Made by a program: the position numbers and the translations under genes
The notes under the pieces: model-generated
What the model saw: only the letters and a program-made list of their open reading frames with translations
The model's database searches: none
Told to the model about the DNA's origin: nothing
Source: a virus
Length of the DNA stretch: 64,000 bases
Virus record (IMG/VR): IMGVR_UViG_3300028558_000016
Location: 342,014-406,013 of that record
Strand: one strand, 5' to 3'
Shown here: piece by piece, positions 28,967 through 38,783 of the stretch
Numbering within the stretch: the first letter of the stretch is position 1
Layout: each line of letters begins with the position of its first letter

Positions 28967-30410
28967 AGATACATTTTATAAAGAACTTCTTCCAGTCCTT
29001 GGAGAAAAAGGAATTGCTGAAGCCGGTTTCTTTGAGGATGCTGCAACGAAAGACGAAGATGTCTTAAAGACCACAAAGGTTTTGTGCACACCTCTTTCTT
29101 TTTTAAAACCTGCAACAGGACATCCTTGCATATTGCTAACGACTGGTTCTTTTTGTCCATTGCATCCAGGCCACATCAATATGATGGAAAAAGCCAAGGA
29201 GCATCTTGAAAAAAATGGATACAATGTAATTGGTGGTTTCATTTCACCTGGACACGATGAATACATATCTGCCAAGAATAAAGAAAAAGCAATTCCAATA
29301 CACTATAGAATAAGAACCATAACTGAGATGATTAAAAACCACGATTGGCTTTCTGTCGATCCATGGGAAGGAATGTTCTGTAAGGTTGCTGTAAATTTCA
29401 CAGATGTTTATATAAGGCTTGAGGCATACATCAGCGAACACCTAAAGAAAGACATTCCAATATTCTTTGTTAGTGGTGGTGATAATGCGAGATTTGCTTT
29501 GACCTTCATGAAGAAAGGAAATTGTGTGATAGTTAACAGACCTCCGTATGACGATAAATTCGAACATTATAAAAAAGTTTTAAAGGATTGTCCTAACATC
29601 CATTTCGTTGAAGGTGGAATTCCTATATCTTCAACTGAATTAAGAAAGGAAGCTTTTGTTCCAGATGAAAAGAAAAACTTATTAATAAGAGTTGAAAACA
29701 CTGAGAAGAGAGGAGTTCTAAGAATAATGTATAAATATTTCAATAATATAGAAAAGAAGGAACTACACAGTCAGAAAAAACACTTTTATGGAAAGATGTC
29801 TCTTGGCGAGATGATAAGTCTTGACTCACTTCTTAAATCAGTGCACAACTTGAAAATATCAAGATCCTATGACATTTTCGGTGCAAAGAAGATGGGATTC
29901 ACAAATAGACCAGGAACTCCATCATTAGAGGAACAACTGTCTGAAATAGAGAATGGGGAATACACTCTGTTCGATGATGACATCCACAGTGGTTCAACCA
30001 TGAGATTTGCTAAATCGTTAATAGAGGGAACAGGCTCTAAGGTGAAAGAAGTGACATCATTAAACATCTCACCAGATGGTTTTGAGATTCTCGATTCAAG
30101 AGATTTTTTCATAGGAGGAAAGAACAATGGCCTTGTGATTAAAATGCCTGATGGAAAAAACGTCAGAGCTCCTTATGTTTATCCTTATGTTTGTCCGTTT
30201 ATTAGAGGCTCAATAGACAGTCCAATGCAGTTTTCAATAGATATTTGGAAGATGAACATGGATCTATTTGAAAAGACTAATCAAACATTGGGTGACATGC
30301 CATTCCTCCAAGACCTATTCAAAAGAGCTGGATTTAGTTTGACAGATTCAATGTATGACATCTGTAAATGGCATCATGATTATTTGGTTTTGGTACTTTT
30401 CACCAAATAA
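28941..30410 (+). CDS. fused nucleotidyltransferase (NMNAT-like) and type I phosphoribosyltransferase domain protein
   Basis: TGSFCPLHPGH ((H/T)xGH motif) and GGIPISSTELRKE (ISSTxxR) in the N-terminal half. C-terminal YTLFDDDIHSGSTM is a PRPP-binding motif. Confidence 0.55.
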   Translation: MLMNWKVNRDTFYKELLPVLGEKGIAEAGFFEDAATKDEDVLKTTKVLCTPLSFLKPATGHPCILLTTGSFCPLHPGHINMMEKAKEHLEKNGYNVIGGFISPGHDEYISAKNKEKAIPIHYRIRTITEMIKNHDWLSVDPWEGMFCKVAVNFTDVYIRLEAYISEHLKKDIPIFFVSGGDNARFALTFMKKGNCVIVNRPPYDDKFEHYKKVLKDCPNIHFVEGGIPISSTELRKEAFVPDEKKNLLIRVENTEKRGVLRIMYKYFNNIEKKELHSQKKHFYGKMSLGEMISLDSLLKSVHNLKISRSYDIFGAKKMGFTNRPGTPSLEEQLSEIENGEYTLFDDDIHSGSTMRFAKSLIEGTGSKVKEVTSLNISPDGFEILDSRDFFIGGKNNGLVIKMPDGKNVRAPYVYPYVCPFIRGSIDSPMQFSIDIWKMNMDLFEKTNQTLGDMPFLQDLFKRAGFSLTDSMYDICKWHHDYLVLVLFTK

Positions 30411-30489
30411 TTTTTCTATTTCTTTTATATGGCATCATGATTATTTGGTTTTGGTACTTTTCACCAAATAATTTTTCTATTTCTTTTAT
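30368..30489 (+). repeat. perfect 61-bp tandem direct duplication (2 copies)
   Basis: atggcatcatgattatttggttttggtacttttcaccaaataatttttctatttcttttat occurs at 30368-30428 and again at 30429-30489. Copy 1 spans the last codons and stop of the 28941 gene. Confidence 0.9.
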
Positions 30490-30516
30490 TTTGTATTTTA
30501 GCTTAAAATTATCATT

Positions 30517-30801
30517 ATGAGCCAAGGACAGATGAATATGATAGAATGCACAGGATGCAAAGCATTGTTGGACGCATTCACAAGTGCGGATGAAGGAAGC
30601 AATAGTCTTCCGAATGATGAAGATTTAAGTGTGTGCGTATATTGTGGAGCAGTTGGAAAATATATTGAAGGAACAACAAAGATAAAACCATTATCAGAAG
30701 TTGAATTGGCTTACATTAAATTGACTGAACCTGAACTCGCAATGGAATTGGATAAAATATCTGTTGCGGTTTTAATGATGAAAAAAGCAAAAAACAATTG
30801 A
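30517..30801 (+). CDS. zinc-ribbon protein
   Basis: CTGCK...CVYCG. Confidence 0.35.
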   Translation: MSQGQMNMIECTGCKALLDAFTSADEGSNSLPNDEDLSVCVYCGAVGKYIEGTTKIKPLSEVELAYIKLTEPELAMELDKISVAVLMMKKAKNN

Positions 30802-31045
30802 TATATAAATTATGAATGGTGGCGGACGTATTGTTTAATACTGAAAATCAAATAGTTATAACATTTTCACAAATTTTATAATTTAGTTTTAAAAATAAGT
30901 TACTACATTTGTACATCACAAACGAAACAAAGCTGATAAGCGACATATAACAATCATGAAGTAGATTAACACATACCCAAAATTAACCATCGTAACAAGA
31001 CAAGATCTTGCACCTGGTTACCAGTTAGTACAAACGGCCCATGCC

Positions 31046-31336
31046 ATGGCTGATTTTGCAACTTCTTATCCTAAGGAGTTTCAACAATGGCATTCCACCT
31101 CCAATTATTTAGCGTGCCTATCTGTTAAGGATGAAAATTCTTTACAAGCTCTTTCACATAAACTTATGTGTGAAGATATTAAGCACATCACATTCACTGA
31201 ACCCGATCTCGGAAATCAGATCACTGCAATTGCTATTGAGCCAACTGATATGGCTCGAAGAATATGTAGCTCATTTCCATTGGCATTAAAGGAATGCACA
31301 AACGGATTAAACAAACATTCAATAATAAAACAATGA
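31046..31336 (+). CDS. hypothetical protein
   Basis: ORF. Confidence 0.35.
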   Translation: MADFATSYPKEFQQWHSTSNYLACLSVKDENSLQALSHKLMCEDIKHITFTEPDLGNQITAIAIEPTDMARRICSSFPLALKECTNGLNKHSIIKQ

Positions 31337-31650
31337 ACAAGTACGAAAATTTAAAAGAAAACCTTGCAACAAAAGGAACAGGTCAAATGAAATGCTTTGG
31401 CAATTCAATGACTCCTATATTGGAAACTGGAGGTTTGCTAACCTTTGTGAAGCAAGAAACTTACGAGATAGGAGACATCGTCTTCTGTAAAGTAAAAGGT
31501 CGTTACATCGATGCGCACAAGATAACAAAGAAAGATGCGGCAGGAAGATTTCTGATCTCAAACAATCATGGATGGGATAACGGATGGACGAAAACAATTT
31601 ACGGTAAAGCAATAAAAGCAGAATATCCAACTAAAACAAAAATGTTATGA
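31333..31650 (+). CDS. hypothetical protein
   Basis: Start taken at the ATGA overlap with the upstream stop. Confidence 0.35.
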   Translation: MNKYENLKENLATKGTGQMKCFGNSMTPILETGGLLTFVKQETYEIGDIVFCKVKGRYIDAHKITKKDAAGRFLISNNHGWDNGWTKTIYGKAIKAEYPTKTKML

Positions 31651-31703
31651 CTTAGATAGTAAATTGCGAGAAAAAAGATTACATCATCTTTCACTTTAAC
31701 AAG

Positions 31704-31910
31704 ATGCACTTAACTGATCAGACTATTCCAATGTGGACGATCAAACATAAAGGAGAAACATATTATGTTAATCATATAGAAGTTTCTCCAGGAGTTGGGT
31801 TCTCGACGAAAGAAACGCCAGAGAATCCTCATACAAAAGGAAGCTTGAAGTTCAGAGCGAAGTTGAAGATAGAAGAAATTGATGGACAAGTGATGGCGAC
31901 GATATATTGA
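31704..31910 (+). CDS. hypothetical protein
   Basis: Short ORF. Confidence 0.3.
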   Translation: MHLTDQTIPMWTIKHKGETYYVNHIEVSPGVGFSTKETPENPHTKGSLKFRAKLKIEEIDGQVMATIY

Positions 31911-31915
31911 AACAA

Positions 31916-31985
31916 GGCGATGTGACCGAGTGGTAGGTACAGATCCGCAAGATCTGGTACGGGGGTTCGAATCCTTCCATTGCCT
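31916..31985 (+). ncRNA. tRNA-like element with a noncanonical anticodon-position hairpin
   Basis: 7-bp acceptor (ggcgatg/cattgcc). T-arm ggggg-ttcgaat-ccttc. The anticodon position holds a 6-bp stem cagatc/gatctg with a 5-nt loop cgcaa instead of a 7-nt loop. Confidence 0.35.
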
Positions 31986-31990
31986 CAAAT

Positions 31991-32122
31991 GGCCGTTTTG
32001 TCGGTTGGAAGCTTAAGGAAAATGCATGAGTACTTAAGTGATAAAACTACTGGTGACAAAACTCGAAATGCGAAACTGCAGAGTAACATTTCAAGTTAGG
32101 AGTTCGAATCTCTTAACGGCTA
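31991..32122 (+). ncRNA. long tRNA-like element (about 132 nt)
   Basis: Acceptor ggccgtt/aacggct and a canonical T-arm aggag-ttcgaat-ctctt. About 100 nt separate the 5' acceptor from the T-arm and no clear D or anticodon arm is visible. Confidence 0.3.
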
Positions 32123-32189
32123 CAAAAAGTTCTTTAACATGGGAAAGTCTTTAATGATGCAGAGGTGAAAAATCCTTCTTTCCCACCAA

Positions 32190-32260
32190 GGTCCAATAGC
32201 TCAAGTGAAGAGCATCTTTCGCAAGAAAGAAGGTTGGTGGCTCGTTGCCATCTTGGACCA
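32190..32260 (+). ncRNA. degenerate tRNA-like element
   Basis: Acceptor ggtccaa/ttggacc. D-arm gctc/gagc. Anticodon position is tcttt-cgcaag-aaaga (6-nt loop, a GCAA tetraloop closed by C-G). T-loop ctcgttg is noncanonical. Confidence 0.35.
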
Positions 32261-32264
32261 CTAA

Positions 32265-32337
32265 CGCCTCATAGCTCAGTTGGCAGAGCGTCGGTCTCTA
32301 AAACCGATGGTCGTGGGTTCGAACCCCACTGAGGCGG
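32265..32337 (+). tRNA. tRNA with anticodon CUA (amber suppressor); C1-G72, G73
   Basis: Clean cloverleaf. Acceptor cgcctca/tgaggcg. D gctc-agttggca-gagc. Anticodon stem tcggt/accga with loop cuCUAaa. T-arm gtggg-ttcgaac-cccac. Confidence 0.75.
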
Positions 32338-32392
32338 CAAATAAAAAATAAGTAATATGAAAAAGTAGATTAACATCCGAGGTCCTGATGAA

Positions 32393-32854
32393 ATGTTTTT
32401 GAAAGAAGAACAAAAGAAAATTTTATTATTTAACAATCAAAAACAAAAAATCATGGAAATCATGGAAACAAAACAAATCGCGGCTACTAAAGCAAATGTT
32501 GAATTAGCCATCAACAACATTAAGAAATATGCCGAAGGAAAAGGCTATCAAGTAATCGGAGACTTTTCCGATAGAGGACCAGGTGAATTAACGTTCGAGA
32601 GCAAAAGCAAAGAAAAAGTTTGCAGAAAATATCTCTGGCGTTTGGAGAAGAAGATGGGAATGAGCTGTGCAAACAGATTCTTACACTTCCTCTACAAGAA
32701 GGTTTATAAGTTCGACAAAGCTCCTAAGGTTGAATACTCCGAGAAAGAGTTAAAGATCCAACAAGCACGACGAGCTTGGAAGAAGATGCAAATTGAAGCT
32801 GAAAAACTTCAAGCAGCATACAAATTAGAAAAAGGTACTTTCTTTAAATCATAA
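32393..32854 (+). CDS. hypothetical protein
   Basis: Lys-rich ORF. Confidence 0.4.
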   Translation: MFLKEEQKKILLFNNQKQKIMEIMETKQIAATKANVELAINNIKKYAEGKGYQVIGDFSDRGPGELTFESKSKEKVCRKYLWRLEKKMGMSCANRFLHFLYKKVYKFDKAPKVEYSEKELKIQQARRAWKKMQIEAEKLQAAYKLEKGTFFKS

Positions 32855-32968
32855 AATATGGGAGGAGCTGGGAATGTTCGGTCAGGCAAAAGAACCTGAT
32901 ACCAGTAGAAGCCAGCGCTTTATGAGCGACACTAACCAGCTTCTCCCACCATTTTAAAACTTACAAAA

Positions 32969-33487
32969 ATGAAACATTCAGAAATTAAATGTCCATATTG
33001 CCGAATTGGATTCGGTGGTATCAAAGTATCTGTAGAGAAAACTAAAGAGAAATGGTTTCAATCAAGAGCCACAAAGAGAAAGATTAAAGAAGGAGCAAAG
33101 ACTTCTTTCCAGCATCTCGACATCATGTGGTCCTATGAAGCCGGAATGATAAGAGATTGCAAACATCCAGAATACTTAAAAGAGAATCTTATTTCTGTAG
33201 ATGATCATCAAAATCCTGTATTCAATGAAGAGTTTACAAACAAGCTTAAAGAATTAAGGAAAGAGTTTGAGAATAATCCAGTTGACATCAACAAGGATAA
33301 TTTTGACTTTGATGGTTATTACATTGCATTTGTCGAATGCATGAATTATGGAAATGTAGAAGGAGATGATGAAGAGTATAATAGAGAAGAGATGACCGGA
33401 GAAAAGCTGAAAGAGCTTTACGAAAGTGGGACAAATCTCAAAGATGCTTTAAGATCATTCATAAAGAAAACAGAAAGCCAGAGTTAA
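32969..33487 (+). CDS. hypothetical protein (N-terminal CPYC zinc-ribbon-like)
   Basis: ORF. Confidence 0.4.
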   Translation: MKHSEIKCPYCRIGFGGIKVSVEKTKEKWFQSRATKRKIKEGAKTSFQHLDIMWSYEAGMIRDCKHPEYLKENLISVDDHQNPVFNEEFTNKLKELRKEFENNPVDINKDNFDFDGYYIAFVECMNYGNVEGDDEEYNREEMTGEKLKELYESGTNLKDALRSFIKKTESQS

Positions 33488-33706
33488 TCTGGCTTTCCTG
33501 TTTAATGAGAAAGATATGGAGTTACTATAGCTAAAATAGCTGTATTGTCTACATCAGATAATGAAACTGTTTTAGAAGTATACTCATATTGATCACCGGC
33601 TATTAATTCCCTTGTTGATATGGAAATAAGAATAGGAGATGCTTCTAATTCAATGCTTATCGCGATTATTTCTGCTGCCATTGTATATGGTTTGTTTTTT
33701 TAATTG

Positions 33707-36700
33707 TTATTGATCGTGGTGGAACCCTTCTATAGTGAAACTAATCGCTCCAGTAAAAGCATGCGCAAAATATTGAAGGTCTTTTTCTGTAGATAAAGGT
33801 CCTTGAATACCTGTAGGAGATTCTGCAGCTGGATTAGCATTGATAGTTGAACCTACTGCATTCAAGTAAATTGAAGTAGCTCCAGAATAACCAATGTTAT
33901 TAAAGGTAGCATTGGCTAAAGATTGGTCAGAAGAGTATGTAAGTAATCTAAATATGAAACCCTTTGGCAAATTAGTAAAAAAGTAAGGAGTTGGTAATGC
34001 TGCTAAAGTAATTTTACCACTTCTGAAAATAAATTTATCGTTTTCGATAGTTGTATTTCTAAATAAACTTACTGTACCTATTGTTGCTAAAGTAGTATTA
34101 AAATATTTACAATTTGTAAATTCCCATCCTGTACCAACTACCCCACATGAAATAATAGAATTTTCTACATAAGTTTTACTAACCGCAATAGTTTCCCATA
34201 TTCCAATTAAGGCATCATCTGTCCACGAAGAATTAAGTAAAGTATATCCATCATAAGTCATTGAACTTGAAGAAGCTCTTGACTTAAAAGTAGAATTATT
34301 GATCTTTGAATTTTGTAAATACGATCCAGCACCTGCTGTATTATTACTAAACCAAATATTTGAGTTATCAATATCCACAGCTAAAAATTGAATCATAGAT
34401 TGAACACCAGCATAAAAAGTTGTATTGGTAACTTTTGATCCTGTTCCAGGAAATGAAGGATTTCCACTTAAGAAAAAGTCAATAAATAAACCATCAGTAC
34501 TATCTAAATCCTCATTTACAACAACAAAACTGACATAAGAATCTGCAATATAAACACTGGATGCTAACAGAAGCCCAGAAAGACCTAATTCAAAAATACG
34601 AAAATTACTTACTTGAGAATTATTTATTGTATTGCTATTTGATATAGAACATTCACAGGTTTTTAATGTGCTACTATTAATATCTAAATTCTGTAAAGTT
34701 GTTGTTGAAGTACCAAAGATACAATCTCTTAGTTCTGAATTAAAAACACTAAAATTACCAGAACCTACAAATTTACCGAAAGAACAGTTAGGATCAATAT
34801 AAGCCGAGTCCATAGCAAAACCTGAAGTCAGATCTGAACCATTTACTAATAAAATAGTAAAAGTACTATTACTAATCGCTGAAGATGCAAACGAACACCC
34901 TGTGGCTGAAAGTCCATTATTGCTCGCAAGATTTCCTCCTGAATTTATCACAGAATAAAGTACTGAAAATCCACCACCACCATGTGTATTGTTTGAAAGG
35001 AATATTGCACCATTTAAAATACATTGTTCAATATCAAAAAATCCCATTGTTGAAGTACTTTGTAAAGTAATTCCGTTTAAACATTTATTATTAAATATAA
35101 CAGCTCTTGTTGCGGTAACATTATTAAGAACGATAAATTTTCCTACACCCTCATTTCCTGTAATAGTACATGATTGTGTGCCAGTTTGAATATATGTTGT
35201 CAAACTAATTGCGGCAGTACCAGATCCTAAAGATACTGCAGCTGGAGTAGCAGAAGTTCCAAATACAGAATTTGATACTGCTATACCACTTCCTGATTGT
35301 GTAGTAACACTTATATTTCCAGCTTCAACACCGGAGAAACTTATTTGTACGTTACTAATAGCATTTAGTAAAAGATTATTTGAGTTTACGTTTGTAATTT
35401 GACTTTGAGCTCCTAAAAAAACATTGTTTTGATTGGCTCCAGTTCCAAATATAATTCCATCAAATGAAGAAGTAGCAGTAATACTCCAATTTCTCCAAAC
35501 CTGATTAGCGGCAAGTCTAAATGTAACATTTCTATACCCTGATTCTACAAAATTAAAACCGATCAAACGTATATCACCCCATCTAAAGTTTACAATAGGA
35601 TTAAATCCTATTGCAGTAATACGAGCAACTGTAATAGACATTGAACAATTCTTACTGGCATCGGCAGCATAAATAATTCTATCATTAGTTAAATCATAAT
35701 TTGAAATAAGGTTTAAATTATTTGCTGTAAATCCTATAGTTGGATTTTGTTGGTCATTTATCGTAAGTGTCGTAACAGTGACGACCATTGTATGAACAAA
35801 TGCAGTTGTAGTATCTAATGCTTCAATACATATACGTGGAGTATCAAATCCACCAGCAGGTGAAGCAATTACCCAGGCTCTACAACCACTGACTCCGGTG
35901 TTAGCATTAATATTTGCTACAACTAATGTTGCAGTATTATTTCTTGATGTTGTATATGGAATAGAAGCAGTCATTAAGTTTTTTGTTCCTGTCGGCATAA
36001 CAACTGAAATCTGATCTACGGAACCTGATGTACCGCCATTTAAACGAAAACGTCCTTGCGCTGGTAACTTACCAACAAAACTCCAAACTCCATTTCCATT
36101 AATTGTATTCGTTGATGTAGCAAGAACACTTACCGTTCCACCTAAAGCATCTTGTGCATCTGTCACAACGTAAGTTGTACCAATCACTAATTTACTTGCA
36201 CCAATCAAAGCAATTAAAGCGGCTTTAGTTGTTGGAGTATTATTTACATTTGTAATTGTAATAGTCGATTGAGAAATTCCTCTCAAGTAACTACCATTTG
36301 TAATTACAGTAACAGCAGTAGCATTAGTAATACTTGCTAATGGAGTGGCAATATTAGAACCACCTTGTATTGATGTTGTAACAATTTGACATGAAGCTCC
36401 TATTGATTGTATGTTATTATACACGACACAATTAAATAAGAAAGAAGTTGCTGGTAAATTTAGTATAAAATGGAATGAACATCCAGTAAGTTTAACTCTC
36501 GCGTAGTTAACATTTGCAGTATTTGTGAAATTGCAATTACCTCCACCAGCTGCATTACTTAATGCTGAATCATTAGCATTAAAAGTTATAGATCCTAATC
36601 CAGGGACAGTATTTACAACTGTTGTGTTACCAATGTTACAACCTTCTATATTAATATTTGCAGCGCCAGCTATAGAAAGACTTAATGAACTTACTTGTGT

Positions 36701-37630
36701 ATTTATTAGAACCCAATTTGCTCCGGCTATTGCTGATGTAGTTTGATTATATGTAATTGTTCCTATAGAACCATTAGTTATAGAAAAACCATTCACATCA
36801 TCTTTACCAGAAATATTTATTGTATTAGAAAATACTGCTCCGTTAGATGCAACAGCTCCAGCTAAATAACATCCTCCCATTAATCCGGCAGTAGTAGTAG
36901 AAGTTATTGTTCCAATGTAACCAGATCCATTAACATTTATGTAACCAGTTGTTCCAGTGTTTCCAGCATTTGTAAGACTTGTATCAATAGTGTTAACAGC
37001 AAAACCACTTCCACTTAAATCTACACCAGGTCCATCTCCTGTAGGAGTGGTTGCTCTTCCTTTTAATGAATTTACTAATACATTATATAAAGTTATTCCT
37101 TGTACTCCAAATGTATCATCACCAATAATATCTCTAATCTGAGATGTTTGATTGTCAATACCAACTACAGTAACAAAGTTATTCCATCCAGCCGCTACGG
37201 TTATATCTCCAACATCAGCTTGTCTTGTTGAACCTACCATTAACTGAACAAGAGAACCAGCTGGTAGTGATAGTTGTAAAGTATTTGCCGCATTATACGC
37301 TGCTTGTGCGGTAGTATAAACGTTATTGGTAACTCCACCCATTGCAGTTGCAGTGGAAGCATCATTCACTAAATAAACTTGACGAACAATTCCGCCGGGA
37401 GGTGTTCCTCCACCTCCACCTGCTGTTTTAATAATTAAACCAGCATCAGATAAATCTGCTGCCAACCAATGGTATTCTCCTGATCCTGTGATTTGAACTG
37501 TGAGTCCATCAAAACGCAAAGCCAATGGCACTCCAGCTTTTGCTGCAGCCAATGAAACCCAAGGACCATAACGAACATCGACTGATATTGGATTTGTAGG
37601 ATCTATTCCGAAAGGTAATTGCAAACCCAT
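33707..37630 (-). CDS. large beta-helix tail fibre/tailspike-like protein (1307 aa)
   Basis: N-terminal GGVTNNVYTTAQAAYNAANTLQLSL is paralogous to the 10355 gene. Long stretch of short N/C/T/S-rich repeats typical of a parallel beta-helix. Confidence 0.55.
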   Translation of the reverse strand: MGLQLPFGIDPTNPISVDVRYGPWVSLAAAKAGVPLALRFDGLTVQITGSGEYHWLAADLSDAGLIIKTAGGGGGTPPGGIVRQVYLVNDASTATAMGGVTNNVYTTAQAAYNAANTLQLSLPAGSLVQLMVGSTRQADVGDITVAAGWNNFVTVVGIDNQTSQIRDIIGDDTFGVQGITLYNVLVNSLKGRATTPTGDGPGVDLSGSGFAVNTIDTSLTNAGNTGTTGYINVNGSGYIGTITSTTTAGLMGGCYLAGAVASNGAVFSNTINISGKDDVNGFSITNGSIGTITYNQTTSAIAGANWVLINTQVSSLSLSIAGAANINIEGCNIGNTTVVNTVPGLGSITFNANDSALSNAAGGGNCNFTNTANVNYARVKLTGCSFHFILNLPATSFLFNCVVYNNIQSIGASCQIVTTSIQGGSNIATPLASITNATAVTVITNGSYLRGISQSTITITNVNNTPTTKAALIALIGASKLVIGTTYVVTDAQDALGGTVSVLATSTNTINGNGVWSFVGKLPAQGRFRLNGGTSGSVDQISVVMPTGTKNLMTASIPYTTSRNNTATLVVANINANTGVSGCRAWVIASPAGGFDTPRICIEALDTTTAFVHTMVVTVTTLTINDQQNPTIGFTANNLNLISNYDLTNDRIIYAADASKNCSMSITVARITAIGFNPIVNFRWGDIRLIGFNFVESGYRNVTFRLAANQVWRNWSITATSSFDGIIFGTGANQNNVFLGAQSQITNVNSNNLLLNAISNVQISFSGVEAGNISVTTQSGSGIAVSNSVFGTSATPAAVSLGSGTAAISLTTYIQTGTQSCTITGNEGVGKFIVLNNVTATRAVIFNNKCLNGITLQSTSTMGFFDIEQCILNGAIFLSNNTHGGGGFSVLYSVINSGGNLASNNGLSATGCSFASSAISNSTFTILLVNGSDLTSGFAMDSAYIDPNCSFGKFVGSGNFSVFNSELRDCIFGTSTTTLQNLDINSSTLKTCECSISNSNTINNSQVSNFRIFELGLSGLLLASSVYIADSYVSFVVVNEDLDSTDGLFIDFFLSGNPSFPGTGSKVTNTTFYAGVQSMIQFLAVDIDNSNIWFSNNTAGAGSYLQNSKINNSTFKSRASSSSMTYDGYTLLNSSWTDDALIGIWETIAVSKTYVENSIISCGVVGTGWEFTNCKYFNTTLATIGTVSLFRNTTIENDKFIFRSGKITLAALPTPYFFTNLPKGFIFRLLTYSSDQSLANATFNNIGYSGATSIYLNAVGSTINANPAAESPTGIQGPLSTEKDLQYFAHAFTGAISFTIEGFHHDQ

Positions 37631-37631
37631 A

Positions 37632-38777
37632 TTATGATATTGTTATTTGATGTTGGTGACTTGTTCCGTAAGGAACCGCATTCGTCATTGTATAGACTTT
37701 GTAAGATACTGGATTTCCTCCTGCATCATTCACATTGAAAGTAGTCAAAATATAATTAGCTGTTATGTTTGCATTTAATGCGTCAATATCTATTACTGAA
37801 ACCAATGAATGTGTAGCAGGCATTGCAACAGTATAATGTGTATTTGTAGAACCTGTATTTAAAATAAAAGTATTTCCAGCATCCGTAAATCTGTTGTTTG
37901 TTAATGCTCTTACAGCAGCAGATGTTCCTGGAATAGATGAGGAATCACTATAAAATATTTTATATGTTCCAGTTAATAAAACTGAATTGCTTGCAAAAGA
38001 AACTTCGGCAGCTTGAGGCGCATTCACATTTCTTATTAAAGGAGTTCTTGCATCTGGAGTTCCTGAAGGAGAATAATTTTTTATTATTCCAGCTCCATAA
38101 TTTGCATACGCAATAAACGTGATGTTTCCTAAAACATAAGATCCTGAATCCACTTTTACAAACGGAGATGAAACTCCGTTGGGAGTCATGTCTGATCCAT
38201 TCTTTTGAATTCTAATTGCGCTCAATGCTCCAGCATCATTTTGTGTGAATGTTGCTGTCAATGTGTCTGTTGCATAAACAGTTCCAACCTCAGCCTGATT
38301 TGCTAACGTGTCAATTAAAGTTATTGTAGCTGGAGTATATGTAGGAGCAATATCTTCTATTGCCACCAAGTTCAATACTTGTTCAGGAGTTAAACCGGTA
38401 GAAGGAATTGTTTGGCCGTCTGTATATTTTCCAAAAGTTTTTCCTCCAGATAAAGATACGAGAATGTCTGCTGCAAAAGTTCCACCGCCACCTCCTCCAA
38501 CCGGAGCAACAACTCCAGATGAATTCTTTGTTTTTAATGTATTGTCCAAGTCTACAGCCAACAACATTGTTCCCACCGTTGGGTTTGGCAACAAGGTCAT
38601 GTCAGTAATCGTGAACGTTAAGCTTAATCTCGAAAGAGGTTCAGCCAATAATGTGATGTTACCGGATGAATCCTTTTGTTTGGACTCACCGTCGACATCT
38701 ATTCCAATCACAACAGTGCCTGCTGGTGGATTTGGAATTGCGGACATATTTACTTGGCTTAATCTTACGGTTCCCAT
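37632..38777 (-). CDS. tail fibre-like protein
   Basis: G/S/T/N-rich. 1-nt gap to the downstream large fibre gene. Confidence 0.45.
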   Translation of the reverse strand: MGTVRLSQVNMSAIPNPPAGTVVIGIDVDGESKQKDSSGNITLLAEPLSRLSLTFTITDMTLLPNPTVGTMLLAVDLDNTLKTKNSSGVVAPVGGGGGGTFAADILVSLSGGKTFGKYTDGQTIPSTGLTPEQVLNLVAIEDIAPTYTPATITLIDTLANQAEVGTVYATDTLTATFTQNDAGALSAIRIQKNGSDMTPNGVSSPFVKVDSGSYVLGNITFIAYANYGAGIIKNYSPSGTPDARTPLIRNVNAPQAAEVSFASNSVLLTGTYKIFYSDSSSIPGTSAAVRALTNNRFTDAGNTFILNTGSTNTHYTVAMPATHSLVSVIDIDALNANITANYILTTFNVNDAGGNPVSYKVYTMTNAVPYGTSHQHQITIS

Positions 38778-38783
38778 ATTGGC

